From Treponemataceae bacterium (GTDB taxonomy: Bacteria > Spirochaetota > Spirochaetia > Treponematales > Rectinemataceae): a stretch of DNA of 64,000 nucleotides. The notes beneath the pieces were generated by a model. The model was given only the letters and a program-made list of their open reading frames with translations. It was not told the DNA's origin and made no database searches. The stretch covers positions 2,080,001-2,144,000 of the forward strand of contig CAXXVZ010000003.1 in NCBI GenBank assembly GCA_963678065.2, written 5' to 3'. A program made the translations under genes and the position numbers. Positions 8,878 through 18,800 of the stretch are shown piece by piece (position 1 is the stretch's first letter; every line of letters starts with the position of its first letter).

Positions 8878-10755
8878 TCAGCCCATCGCGCGATCCGCTG
8901 TCAGCCTGTCCACGAGGGCGGCGAAGCGATCGATGTTCCGACCGACCATCGCGGCACTCGCCTTCCAGAAGTCGGGCACCGTGAGGTCGACGCCGAGGTG
9001 CTTCATGACGAGTTCCTCGACATCCATCCTGCCGGTGTCGCGAAGGAGGGCCGCGTAGGCGGCAGGGAAGCCCTCCCCCATCTGGTCGCGGCGGGCGAGG
9101 ATGCCGAGGCTGAAGAGGTATCCGAAGGTGTAGGGGAAGTTGTAGAAGGACCGTCCTGTCATGTGGAAGTGGAGCTTGGAAGCCCAGAACATCTCGTCGT
9201 ACTCGCAGAGACTGTCGCCGTAGTAGCGCTCCCAGGCTTTTTTCATGAGCTCGCGGAGGGCATCGGGGCCGAGCGGCTTGTCGGCCCTCGCCTCGTAGAA
9301 GGATCTCTCGAAGGCGAAGCGAGCCGGGATGTTGAGGAGGAAGGTCGCGGCGTCCTGGGCGTTGGACCACTCCACATCGAGCATGGCGGCGGGGTCCTCT
9401 CCGGCGCGCTCTGCGAGCATCTCGCCCACGATGGCTTCCCCGAAGGTGCTGGCAGTCTCGGCGAGGCACATCGGATAGCGGGTCTCGGCGAGAGGCAGGG
9501 ACTCGACGATGCGGCCGTGCCAGGCGTGGCCGAGCTCGTGCGCCAGAGTCGAGATGTCGCTCATGCTGCCGCGGTAGACCATGTAGACGCAGGTCCGTCT
9601 CGATTTGGGGAAGCTCGTGCAGTAGGCGCCGGGGCGCTTTCCGGGCATGGACCGGCCCTCGATGCGCTTTTCACGCGCCATTTCGAGGATGAAGTCGCCC
9701 ATGGCCGGCTCGATAGCGCCATAGGCCTCGGCGACGAAGGCGAGCCCCTCATCGAAGGGAAGGAGTTCGGGCTCCGCGCCCTCTGGCACGGGGGCGGAGG
9801 CGATGAGGTCCCAGGGTCCCAAGGCGGGTATACCGAGGAGCCGGGCCTGGAGGGCGAGAGCTCTGCGGCCGATCCCCATGGATTCGTCGACGACCGCCAT
9901 CATGGCGTCCAGAGTCTCGGCCTTGAGGTGGTTGGCGTCGAGGGCGGTGTCCAGATAATGGACTTTCTCGACGCTGGACCGAAGGCGGTTCTCGGTGTGG
10001 CGCCAGCCTGCGATCGCGTTGAGGATGGCGGCGCAGCTTTCGTCCTGGAGCCTGAACGCCTCGTTGATGCCGGCGAAGGCCGCCATGCGCATCTCTCTGT
10101 CACTCTGGCGAAGGATGCTCGCGGCCTGTGCGAGCCCTAGAATCTTTGTGCCCTGTGAAGTTTTCAGGGAGACCTTCATGGTCCCGGTGATGCTGTCGTA
10201 GAGATTACCCCAGGCTGTGTGTCCGTCGGGGCGGAATGAAGACAGCAGTTTTTCTTCGGCGAGCGAGAGTCTGCGTTTGGCAAGCCGGCGATCGCGGCCG
10301 AGTCCATAGGCGAGGGAGATTGTTTCGGGGTTCGCGAGGAAGGCGGCATAGAAAGTTTCGGGCGAGAGCACGAGAACAAGTTCGAGAGCGCCTGAGGCCG
10401 AGTCCAGCGAGGCGCCGAGAACGGTGAGGCTGCCCCTGAGCTCCTTCGCGTGCGCATCGGAACCATCGACCGAGAGTATGCAGTTCACATAGCGACTCAG
10501 GTTGCCGAGAAGAAGTACCGCCCTCTGAACAAGAATGGCGCATTCCTGACACTCCGCAAGAAGTGTAGCGTCCCGGACAGGGTCAAGGCTGGTTGCATCG
10601 TGCAGGCGGGCGGCTATGCGGGCGCTGAAGCTTTCTATGGAAGCGACGAGATCCTTGACTTCTGCGCGGTCAGCTTCGAAAACTGGAGATTCGTAGGATT
10701 CATATTCGTTGGCGAGGTTCCAGGCTGGCCCCTGGATTTCTTCGTGTCTATTCAT
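8878..10755 (-). CDS. M3B oligoendopeptidase F family
   Basis: GKRPGAYC, TLAHELGHAWH, AETASTF, FYNFPYTFGYL. Confidence 0.92.
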   Translation of the reverse strand: MNRHEEIQGPAWNLANEYESYESPVFEADRAEVKDLVASIESFSARIAARLHDATSLDPVRDATLLAECQECAILVQRAVLLLGNLSRYVNCILSVDGSDAHAKELRGSLTVLGASLDSASGALELVLVLSPETFYAAFLANPETISLAYGLGRDRRLAKRRLSLAEEKLLSSFRPDGHTAWGNLYDSITGTMKVSLKTSQGTKILGLAQAASILRQSDREMRMAAFAGINEAFRLQDESCAAILNAIAGWRHTENRLRSSVEKVHYLDTALDANHLKAETLDAMMAVVDESMGIGRRALALQARLLGIPALGPWDLIASAPVPEGAEPELLPFDEGLAFVAEAYGAIEPAMGDFILEMAREKRIEGRSMPGKRPGAYCTSFPKSRRTCVYMVYRGSMSDISTLAHELGHAWHGRIVESLPLAETRYPMCLAETASTFGEAIVGEMLAERAGEDPAAMLDVEWSNAQDAATFLLNIPARFAFERSFYEARADKPLGPDALRELMKKAWERYYGDSLCEYDEMFWASKLHFHMTGRSFYNFPYTFGYLFSLGILARRDQMGEGFPAAYAALLRDTGRMDVEELVMKHLGVDLTVPDFWKASAAMVGRNIDRFAALVDRLTADRAMG

Positions 10756-10761
10756 GAGGCC

Positions 10762-10790
10762 AGCCTAGCACGGCGACCGTGTAGAGGCAA
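10762..10790 (-). promoter_or_regulatory. Promoter TTGCCT-17-TAGGCT, 6 nt from the ATG (leaderless)
   Basis: Read directly; no SD between the -10 and ATG 10755. Confidence 0.55.
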
Positions 10791-10814
10791 GGCAAGGGTG
10801 TTTCGGCCGCTCGT

Positions 10815-11576
10815 TCAGAGTCCGGCTTTGGCCTTCACTCTGTCGCGCCCTGCGACGGCTTCCTCGAAGCGGGGATTGATGGCCAGGGCCTTGCCGAAGG
10901 CGTCGTAGGCGCGCTTGTACTGGCCCTGGGCCTCGCAGGCGAAGCCGAGCCTGTACCACCAGCGGTACATGGTCGATGCCTTTGCGAGAGCCGTCGTGAA
11001 CGCGATGTCGGCGTGGGCGAATTTCTTGAGACGCATGTAGGCTTCGCCCATGTAGTAGTAGGCATTGGGCGCGAGTTCGGCAGAATCCTCAGCGGTTTCG
11101 ATGTATTTCTGAAGGTAACCGAGAGCCTCCTCGTTCTGGCCAAGGAGGTAAGAGGATTCGCCGAGCACTTCGACGATGCGCGGATCGAAAGATATTTTGA
11201 GCGCTTCCTGTCCGTACTTGAGAACATCCTGGTGCTTGCCTAGCCTGAAAAGGCTCCAGCTCCGCACGACGTGGGCGTCCATATCGCGCGAATTGGCCAC
11301 AATGGCCTGCTCGCTCTTGGTCACGGCCTGTGCGTACACGGTCATGGCCGCCGCGGTCTTGCCCTCATACTCGAGATCCCGCCCCTGACGATAGAGAGTC
11401 ATGGCGTCGCGCTGGGCTTGGGCCCCGACAGCCGCGGGCAGAAAGGCGATGCACACGACGACAAGGAAGGTGGCGACGAAACGTGTATGCCTGTTCCCGC
11501 GCACGATCGGGACTGAGACCGCGCGCAAGTCCTCACGACCCGCGCGCATTCCGGAACAGCAGGAACCCGCTTCCAT
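10815..11576 (-). CDS. Exported TPR protein (start uncertain)
   Basis: Hydrophobic signal-like segment followed by TPR-like repeats (AYYYMGEAY, WWYRLGFACE..G.Y..A). Confidence 0.8.
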   Translation of the reverse strand: MEAGSCCSGMRAGREDLRAVSVPIVRGNRHTRFVATFLVVVCIAFLPAAVGAQAQRDAMTLYRQGRDLEYEGKTAAAMTVYAQAVTKSEQAIVANSRDMDAHVVRSWSLFRLGKHQDVLKYGQEALKISFDPRIVEVLGESSYLLGQNEEALGYLQKYIETAEDSAELAPNAYYYMGEAYMRLKKFAHADIAFTTALAKASTMYRWWYRLGFACEAQGQYKRAYDAFGKALAINPRFEEAVAGRDRVKAKAGL

Positions 11577-11578
11577 TC

Positions 11579-13063
11579 TCACTCCTGGAGTATCCTGTTG
11601 ATCTCCGCGGCGGCCCGCCTTCCCTCGCCCATCGCGAGTATGACGGTGGCCGCGCCGAGAACGATATCTCCGCCTGCATAGACGCGATCCATGCTCGTCT
11701 TCTGTTTCTCGTCGACGAGAATGTGCCCCCACTTGTCGACACTTATCGCCTTGGTTGTGCGCGAGATGAGGGGGTTGGACTCGTTGCCTATGGCGACGAT
11801 GACGGTATCGAAGGGAACGATGTGTTCGCTGCCCGCGATGGCCACTGGGCTGCGTCTGCCGGAGGCATCTGGCTCGCCGAGCTCATAGGAGAGGACTTCG
11901 AGGGTCTCCGCTCGCCCTTCAGCGTCGCCGATGACCCTGGTCGGGCTCGCCAGGAAGTCGAAGACGACGCCTTCTTCCATGGCGTGGCCGATCTCCTCGA
12001 CGCGCGCGGGCATCTCTTCCAGTGTGCGGCGGTAGAGGATGTGGACGTCCTCCGCGCCGAGGCGGAGGGCCATGCGGGCCGAGTCCATGGCGACGTTTCC
12101 GCCTCCGAGGACGGCCACGCGCCGGCTCGGGTAGATTGGAGTTGCGGCCTTCGCCTGGTCGTAGGCCTTCATGAGATTGGCGCGGGTGAGATACTCGTTC
12201 GCGCTGAAGACGCCGACGAGGTTTTCGCCGGGAATGTTCATGAACTTGGGAAGTCCCGCGCCGGTGCCGACGAAGACCGCGTCGAATCCATCTTTCTCGA
12301 TGAGGTCGGAGAGTTTCCTGGTGCGTCCGATCAGGTAGTTGAGCCTGAACGTGACGCCCATGGACTCGAGGGCGGCCGCCTCGGCGGCGACGAGGGCCTT
12401 GGGAAGGCGGAACTCGGGAATGCCGTAGACCATGACGCCGCCGGCTTTGTGGAAGGCCTCGAATATGACCACCTCGTGGCCGGCGCGCCTTAGGTCGGCG
12501 GCGCAGGTGAGACCGGCAGGGCCGGCACCGACGACGGCAACGCGCTTCCCTGTGGCGGGCGCGATCTCTGGGTTGGAGACAGTGCCGGAAGCGCGCTCGG
12601 AATCAGCGGCGAAGCGCTCGAGCCTTCCGATCTGGACGGCCTTCTCGATGGAGCCGAGGGATTTGCCGACCGTGCAGGTGAGCTGGCACTGCTTTTCCTG
12701 GGGACAGACGCGTCCGCAGATGGAGGGCAGGAGATTGGTCCTCTTGAGGACGGCGGCAGCTCCGACAGAATCTCCCTCGCGAATTTTCATGATGAAGCCG
12801 GGGATGTCGACCTGGACGGGGCAGCCCTTGGCGCAGGGAGCATTCTTGCAGTTCAGGCAACGCTGCGCCTCGAGGACGGCCTGTTCGGGCGCGTAACCGA
12901 GGGCAACCTCCTGCATGTTGGCGCGCCTGATCGCGGGATCCTGACAGGCCATGTCCTGGACAGGCAAGGCGATACGATCTTTGGGCGAAAGAGTTCTGCC
13001 CTTGATGGACTCGAGTACGACTCCGGCGGCGGCCGCGAGTTCTCCATATCCCTGGGCTCTCAT
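11579..13063 (-). CDS. nfnB: NfnB/SudA large subunit of NADH-dependent ferredoxin:NADP+ oxidoreductase (GltD-like)
   Basis: RCLNC..PC..GCPV, CGRVCPQEKQC, GAGPAG, GGGNVAMD; paired with an nfnA-like gene. Confidence 0.85.
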   Translation of the reverse strand: MRAQGYGELAAAAGVVLESIKGRTLSPKDRIALPVQDMACQDPAIRRANMQEVALGYAPEQAVLEAQRCLNCKNAPCAKGCPVQVDIPGFIMKIREGDSVGAAAVLKRTNLLPSICGRVCPQEKQCQLTCTVGKSLGSIEKAVQIGRLERFAADSERASGTVSNPEIAPATGKRVAVVGAGPAGLTCAADLRRAGHEVVIFEAFHKAGGVMVYGIPEFRLPKALVAAEAAALESMGVTFRLNYLIGRTRKLSDLIEKDGFDAVFVGTGAGLPKFMNIPGENLVGVFSANEYLTRANLMKAYDQAKAATPIYPSRRVAVLGGGNVAMDSARMALRLGAEDVHILYRRTLEEMPARVEEIGHAMEEGVVFDFLASPTRVIGDAEGRAETLEVLSYELGEPDASGRRSPVAIAGSEHIVPFDTVIVAIGNESNPLISRTTKAISVDKWGHILVDEKQKTSMDRVYAGGDIVLGAATVILAMGEGRRAAAEINRILQE

Positions 13064-13926
13064 CTGGCTTCTCCCCTCTGCGATTCAAGCTTTTCAGCGG
13101 CCATTTCGAGGTGGCAGCGGTCGTGATCGGCCGTCTCCTTGCTCTTATAGGCCCGGAGGCGGGACATCATACCCTCCCAATCCACGAGGTGGCCGTCGAA
13201 TTCGGGACCGTCGACACAGACGAACTTGGTCTTTCCGCCCACGGAGACGCGGCATCCGCCGCACATGCCCGTGCCGTCGATCATGATAGTGTTGAGCGAC
13301 ACGAGGGTGCGGACGCCGAAGGGTTTGGTCGTGGCGGCGCAAAATTTCATCATGATGGGCGGCCCGATGGCGACGACGATGTCCGGAGGATTGGCTGAGG
13401 CGCAGAGTTCCTTGAGGGGCTCGGTGACGAGGGCTTTGCGCCCGGCGGAACCGTCGTCCGTGACGACGATGTTGGTTTCCGCGAGGGCGTTCAACTCGTC
13501 CTGCATGATGAGAAGGCTGGCTGTGCGCGCGCCGGAGATGACGGTGACTCTGTTGCCCGCTCTCTTGAGCGCCTCGACGATGGGGTGGAGGGGTGCGAGT
13601 CCGATACCGCCGCCGACACAGACGGCGTGGCCGAAATTCTCGATGTGGGTAGGATTCCCAAGAGGCCCGAGGACGATGAGGGAATCGCCCGGCTCTTTCA
13701 TCGCGAGCTTGTGAGTCGTCGCCCCGACAGTCTGAAAAATCAGACTGATCGTTCCCGCCGCAGGGTCCGCGTGGGCGATAGTGAGCGGAATCCGCTCTCC
13801 ATACTCCGCGTCGACCTGAACAATCACGAACTGTCCGGCCTGCCGTTCGCGTGCAATCTCGGGAGCATTCACTTCCATGCGATAGACATCGTCCGAAAGC
13901 TGCCTTTTCGCGGCGATCGTATTCAT
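13060..13926 (-). CDS. nfnA: NfnA/SudB small subunit (FAD, 2Fe-2S)
   Basis: GERIPLT, GPLG, GGGIG, DGTGMCGGCRV...CVDGPEFD; 4-nt overlap with nfnB. Confidence 0.87.
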   Translation of the reverse strand: MNTIAAKRQLSDDVYRMEVNAPEIARERQAGQFVIVQVDAEYGERIPLTIAHADPAAGTISLIFQTVGATTHKLAMKEPGDSLIVLGPLGNPTHIENFGHAVCVGGGIGLAPLHPIVEALKRAGNRVTVISGARTASLLIMQDELNALAETNIVVTDDGSAGRKALVTEPLKELCASANPPDIVVAIGPPIMMKFCAATTKPFGVRTLVSLNTIMIDGTGMCGGCRVSVGGKTKFVCVDGPEFDGHLVDWEGMMSRLRAYKSKETADHDRCHLEMAAEKLESQRGEAR

Positions 13927-13983
13927 TCAATTCTCCAGGCGGGAATGAGTTTATGCAACTATATACAATTGATAAAAGTTTTC

Positions 13984-14658
13984 CTACTCCTTGAGTCTCG
14001 ATCCGGCAGGGTGGATGCCAAAGACTCTGGAGAGGGGGTGGACCATGCTGCCCGCCCCCAGGATGGTTCCCGGATTCAGGACCGAGTTGCAGCCGATCTC
14101 GCAGCCATCGCCGATGAGAGCTCCGAATTTGGCCAAACCTGTGTCGAACTTCCCCTCTCCGGTCCTGACGGCAACATTTCCCTTGTCGAGTCTGACATTG
14201 GAGACGATGACGCCCGCGCCGATGTGGGCTTTGTATCCGAACACCGTATCCCCTACATAGTTGAAATGGGGCACTTCGGCATTTTTGAACAGGAGGCAGT
14301 TCTTGATTTCGCAGCAGTGTCCGAGGATGGAGCCTGAGCCCGCAATCACGTTCTCCCGGACGTAGAGCCCCTGTCTGAGCATGCAACCCTCGCCGATCCA
14401 GGCGGGTCCCTTGATGTAGACGCCCGGTTCGACAACGCAGCCCGGCCCGAGATAGACCCCCGGACCGACAAAACTCATAGGATGCACATGCGAATGCAGG
14501 CCCGCCGGGTAGTCGGTGGTGAGAAGACGGGCAAGGTATCCCTGAATGCGGGGCGGGACCTCCCAGGGCGCATCGGTGTCGGCGAAGATGGCCGCATGCT
14601 CGGTCATATCGAGGTCGAAGAGTTCGGGCAAACCTTGAATCCGTGAACGGTACATCAT
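13984..14658 (-). CDS. Left-handed beta-helix acyltransferase, GlmU C-terminal-like
   Basis: Hexapeptide repeats, HFNYVGD, GAG...SN.RLD, KFGALIGD..IGCNSVLNPG; ATGA overlap with the upstream gene. Confidence 0.8.
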   Translation of the reverse strand: MMYRSRIQGLPELFDLDMTEHAAIFADTDAPWEVPPRIQGYLARLLTTDYPAGLHSHVHPMSFVGPGVYLGPGCVVEPGVYIKGPAWIGEGCMLRQGLYVRENVIAGSGSILGHCCEIKNCLLFKNAEVPHFNYVGDTVFGYKAHIGAGVIVSNVRLDKGNVAVRTGEGKFDTGLAKFGALIGDGCEIGCNSVLNPGTILGAGSMVHPLSRVFGIHPAGSRLKE

Positions 14659-15614
14659 GAGAGGCTCCACAGAGGGACGGGATATCGCCCCGCCTCGCAG
14701 AGGCGGGCGATCTGGCGGCGGGATTCGTCGAGATCTTCCTTATATGTCAGTCCGAAGAGGGATTCCGAAACCGGAAGGACCTTAACCTGGGCCTGCCCCG
14801 CCCGGACAAGGCTGTCTACGATGCCTGGCAGGAAAAACTCCGCCCTGAGCCTCGCGCCCTCCGGAGCGGAGCGGAGATCCTGAAGGAAGTCCCCGAACAA
14901 TGACCGTCCCGCGTCGAAAACAGCCGGGGTAAAGCCCCACAGATTCATGGATACCGGCTCCGTCCCCGTAAATCTCGCCCGCGTCAGCCCATCAGGGGAG
15001 GCGGAGCGGAACCCTTTCCTCTCACCCTCCATCTCCGCTGCGATTGACAGGTGTTCCTCGATCCCGACAAGGAAGCCATCGCTGTCCGTAGTGCAGACGC
15101 CCCGGGAAACCGGACCGAAGGGACTCGTCGTGTGCGAGAGCCGGTAACCGGCCAGGCAGAAATCGCTCCTGGCCGGGTCGGAAATCGCGAGGAAATCATG
15201 GACGACCGAAAAAGCTTCCCGGCCGTAATAGTCGTCGGCGTTGATCACGGCGAAGGCGACCTGGCCCCCGTTCTCGAGCGCCGTTTGCGCACACAGGAGG
15301 GCGTGGCCTGTTCCCCAAGGTTTTGTCCTGCCGACGAGAAGATTCCCGAACTCAGGCGGAATGAAGCTGTCCTGCGCCTGCCAGGCCAGGGAATAGCGCA
15401 AGGTGGAGGGCAGTCTGGAAAGGATGGTCCGGGAAAAATCTTCCTCGATTTCCTTCCGGACGAGGAAAACGACTTCGTCGAATCCCGCGCCGAGGGCGTC
15501 GAAAACGGAATACTCGAGGATGGACTCTCCCGCGGGACCGACGGGGGCGACCTGCTTGATTCCGCCGAAACGGGACCCTATTCCCGCGGCAAGCACGAGC
15601 AATTTTGTCTTCAT
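14655..15614 (-). CDS. Sugar-phosphate nucleotidyltransferase
   Basis: LLVLAAGIGSRFGGIKQ, KPWGTGHA, VINADDYYG; start at MKTK. Confidence 0.85.
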   Translation of the reverse strand: MKTKLLVLAAGIGSRFGGIKQVAPVGPAGESILEYSVFDALGAGFDEVVFLVRKEIEEDFSRTILSRLPSTLRYSLAWQAQDSFIPPEFGNLLVGRTKPWGTGHALLCAQTALENGGQVAFAVINADDYYGREAFSVVHDFLAISDPARSDFCLAGYRLSHTTSPFGPVSRGVCTTDSDGFLVGIEEHLSIAAEMEGERKGFRSASPDGLTRARFTGTEPVSMNLWGFTPAVFDAGRSLFGDFLQDLRSAPEGARLRAEFFLPGIVDSLVRAGQAQVKVLPVSESLFGLTYKEDLDESRRQIARLCEAGRYPVPLWSLS

Positions 15615-15737
15615 TATGTCATGATTAGGCACTCGCCAAGGCCTGAGGTCAAGTCCGCCGGCATACGCGCGCGGTTCCCTCACGCGCCGGAATACGAAGA
15701 AAAACAGTTCGGTTGTCAGACAGCTTTTTCCCCCGTC

Positions 15738-15766
15738 TTGAATAATTTATTGTCCGAATGTACTAT
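15738..15766 (+). promoter_or_regulatory. Probable PFOR promoter TTGAAT-17-TACTAT
   Basis: Read directly in the AT-rich spacer upstream of PFOR. Confidence 0.45.
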
Positions 15767-15824
15767 TATACAAGCTCCGGACAGAGCCTATCCAAATCCT
15801 CATCCTCTACCAAAAGGAATCACA

Positions 15825-18800
15825 ATGTCGGATACCAAGAACATGGTGATGATTGACGGCAACACCGCGGCTGCCCACGTAGCCCACGCGGTAAGCGAAG
15901 TCATCGCGATTTACCCGATCACCCCCTCCTCCCCCATGGGCGAGCTTTCAGATGAATACTCGGCTCAGGGCAGGAAGAACATCTGGGGCACGGTTCCCCA
16001 GGTGGTCGAAATGCAGTCCGAAGCCGGCGCCGCCGGCGCGGTCCACGGCTCTCTCACCACGGGAGCCCTCACTACTACCTTCACAGCCTCGCAGGGCCTC
16101 CTCCTCATGATCCCCAATATGTACAAGATCGCCGGCGAGTGTACCTCCACCGTGTTCCACATCGCGGCCCGCGCTATCGCGGCCCAGGCCCTCTCGATCT
16201 TCGGCGATCATCAGGACGTCATGGCTGCCCGCCAGACCGGATGGGCGATGCTCGCCTCCAACAATGTCCAGGAAGTCATGGACATGGCCCTCATCTCGCA
16301 CGCTGCCACACTCGAGGCGCGCGTTCCCTTCCTCCACTTCTTTGACGGCTTCCGCACCTCTCACGAAGTCCAGAAGGTCGAGGAGATCTCCTACGCCATC
16401 ATGCGGCAGATGATCTCCGACGAGCTCGTGCGCGCCCACCGCTCGCGTGGACTGTCCCCGGAAAGACCGAGCATCCGCGGCACCAGTCAGAACCCCGACG
16501 TCTACTTCACCGCGCGCGAGGCGGCCAACAATCTCTACACCGCCACGCCCGCCATCGTCCAGAAGGCGATGGATGCGTACGCGAGGCTCACCGGCCGCGC
16601 CTACAAACTCTTCGACTATGCCGGAGCTCCCGACGCCGAGCGCATAATCATCGTGATGGGATCGGGGGCCGACACCGTCGAGGAAGTCGTCTCCCACCTC
16701 ACCAAAAAAGGCGAGAAGGTCGGCGTAGTCAAAGTACATCTCTACCGTCCCTTCTCCGTCGAGCACTTCATGAAGGCGCTTCCCTCCACCGTGAAGTCCA
16801 TCGCGGTCCTCGACCGGACCAAGGAACCTGGCTCGATCGGCGAGCCTATGTACGAAGATGTGCGCACTGCCATCGGCGAGGCCCAGGGTTCCGGAAAGGC
16901 TCCCTTCAAGGGCTGGCCCACCGTCATCGGCGGCCGCTACGGTCTCGGCTCGGCCGAGTTCTATCCGAGCCACGCTCTCGCCGTCTTCGAAGAGCTCAAG
17001 AAGACCGAGCCCAAGAGCCACTTCACGGTCGGCATCAACGACGACGTTTCCGGCTCGAGCCTCTCCTACGATCCCGAGTTCCAGCTCGAAGACGACGGAG
17101 TCAAGGAGTGTCTCTTCTACGGACTGGGCTCCGACGGAACAGTCGGCGCCAACAAGAACTCCATCAAGATCATCGGCGACGAGACGGACAATTCCGCCCA
17201 GGGCTACTTCTTCTACGACTCCAAGAAGGCCGGCACCTACACCATCAGCCATCTCCGCTTCGGACCGAAACTGATCACCAAGCCCTATCTCATCGCCAAG
17301 GCCGACTTCCTTGCCTGCCACAAGTTCTCCTTCCTCGAGAAGCTGGACATGCTCGCCAACTCCAAGGTCGGCGGCGTATTCCTTCTCAACAGCCCTTACC
17401 CGGCTGACAAGGTATGGGACGAGATTCCCGCCGAAGTGCAGAAAACCATCATCGCCAAGAAGCTCCGATTCTATGTGGTAGACGGCATGGCGATCGCCGA
17501 GAAGGCCGGTATGGGCAACCGCATCAACACCATCATGCAGACCGCCTTCTTCAAGATTTCCGGCGTCCTACCCGAAGAAGAAGCACTCAGGCTGATCAAG
17601 AAATACACCGAGAAAACCTACGCCCGCAAAGGCGCCGACGTCGTCGCAAAGAACATCGCGGCCATCGATCTCGCCCTCAACCACATCCACGAGGTCAAGT
17701 ATCCTGCCCAGGTCACGAGCGCTCTCCACATGAAGAGCCCGGTTCCGGCCGACGCGCCCGCCTTCGTCAAGGAAGTCATCGGCGAAATGATCGCCGCCCG
17801 CGGTGAGTACCTGCCGGTTTCCAAGATGCCTCTCGACGGAACCTTCCCCTCCGGAACGACGAAGTACGAGAAGCGCAACATCGCCGAAAAGATCCCCGTC
17901 TGGAACAAGGACCTCTGCATCCAGTGCGGAAACTGCACCATGGTCTGTCCCCACGCCTGCATCCGTCTCAAGGCCTACGATGCCAAGTACCTCGAGGGCG
18001 CTCCCGCGACCTTCAAATCCGCCGACGCCAGGGGCAAGGAACTCGCCGGGCTCAAGGCCACCCTCCAGATCGCGCCGGAAGACTGCACCGGCTGCGGTGC
18101 CTGCGTGAATATCTGCCCCGCGCTCGACAAAGTCAACGCCGGCCGCAAGGCGATCAACCTCGAGCACCAGCTCCCGCTGCGCGAGACCGAGGCGAAGAAC
18201 TGGGACTGGTTCCTCGCGATCCCGAACACCGACGCCAAGCTTCTCAACCTGAGCACGCCCAAGGGTATCGCCATGAAGCAGCCCCTCTTCGAATTCTCCG
18301 GCGCCTGCGCCGGCTGCGGAGAGACTCCCTACATCAAGCTCATGACCCAGCTCTGCGGCGACCACGCCATCATCGGCAACGCCACCGGCTGTTCCTCCAT
18401 CTACGGTGGAAACCTGCCCACGACGCCCTACACCACCCGCGCCGACGGACGCGGTCCGGCATGGTCCAACTCTCTCTTCGAGGACGCGGCCGAGTTCGCA
18501 TACGGAATGCGTCTATCCTCCGACAAGATGGCCCAGTACTCCCGCGAGCTCGTAGCCGCCCACAAGGGCGCCGAGATCCCCGCGGCCCTCGCGGATGCCC
18601 TCCTCGCCAATCCCCAGGACTCCGAGGAAGCCATCGACGCACAGCGCGCCTCGGTCGCGGAGCTCAGGAAAGCCTGCCAGGCCATCGACGCCGAGTGGGC
18701 AAAGGAACTCGTCAACGTCGCCGACGGCCTCATCAGGAAGTCGGTGTGGGCATTCGGCGGCGACGGCTGGGCGTACGATATTGGTTTCGGCGGCCTGGAC

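Noticed and set aside
15738..15755. Rex site upstream of PFOR
   Set aside because: The right half does not match the palindromic consensus.
15051..15824. 258-aa N-terminal extension of PFOR in the ORF track
   Set aside because: It is antisense to the nucleotidyltransferase; the real start is MSDTKN at 15825 with an SD and promoter.
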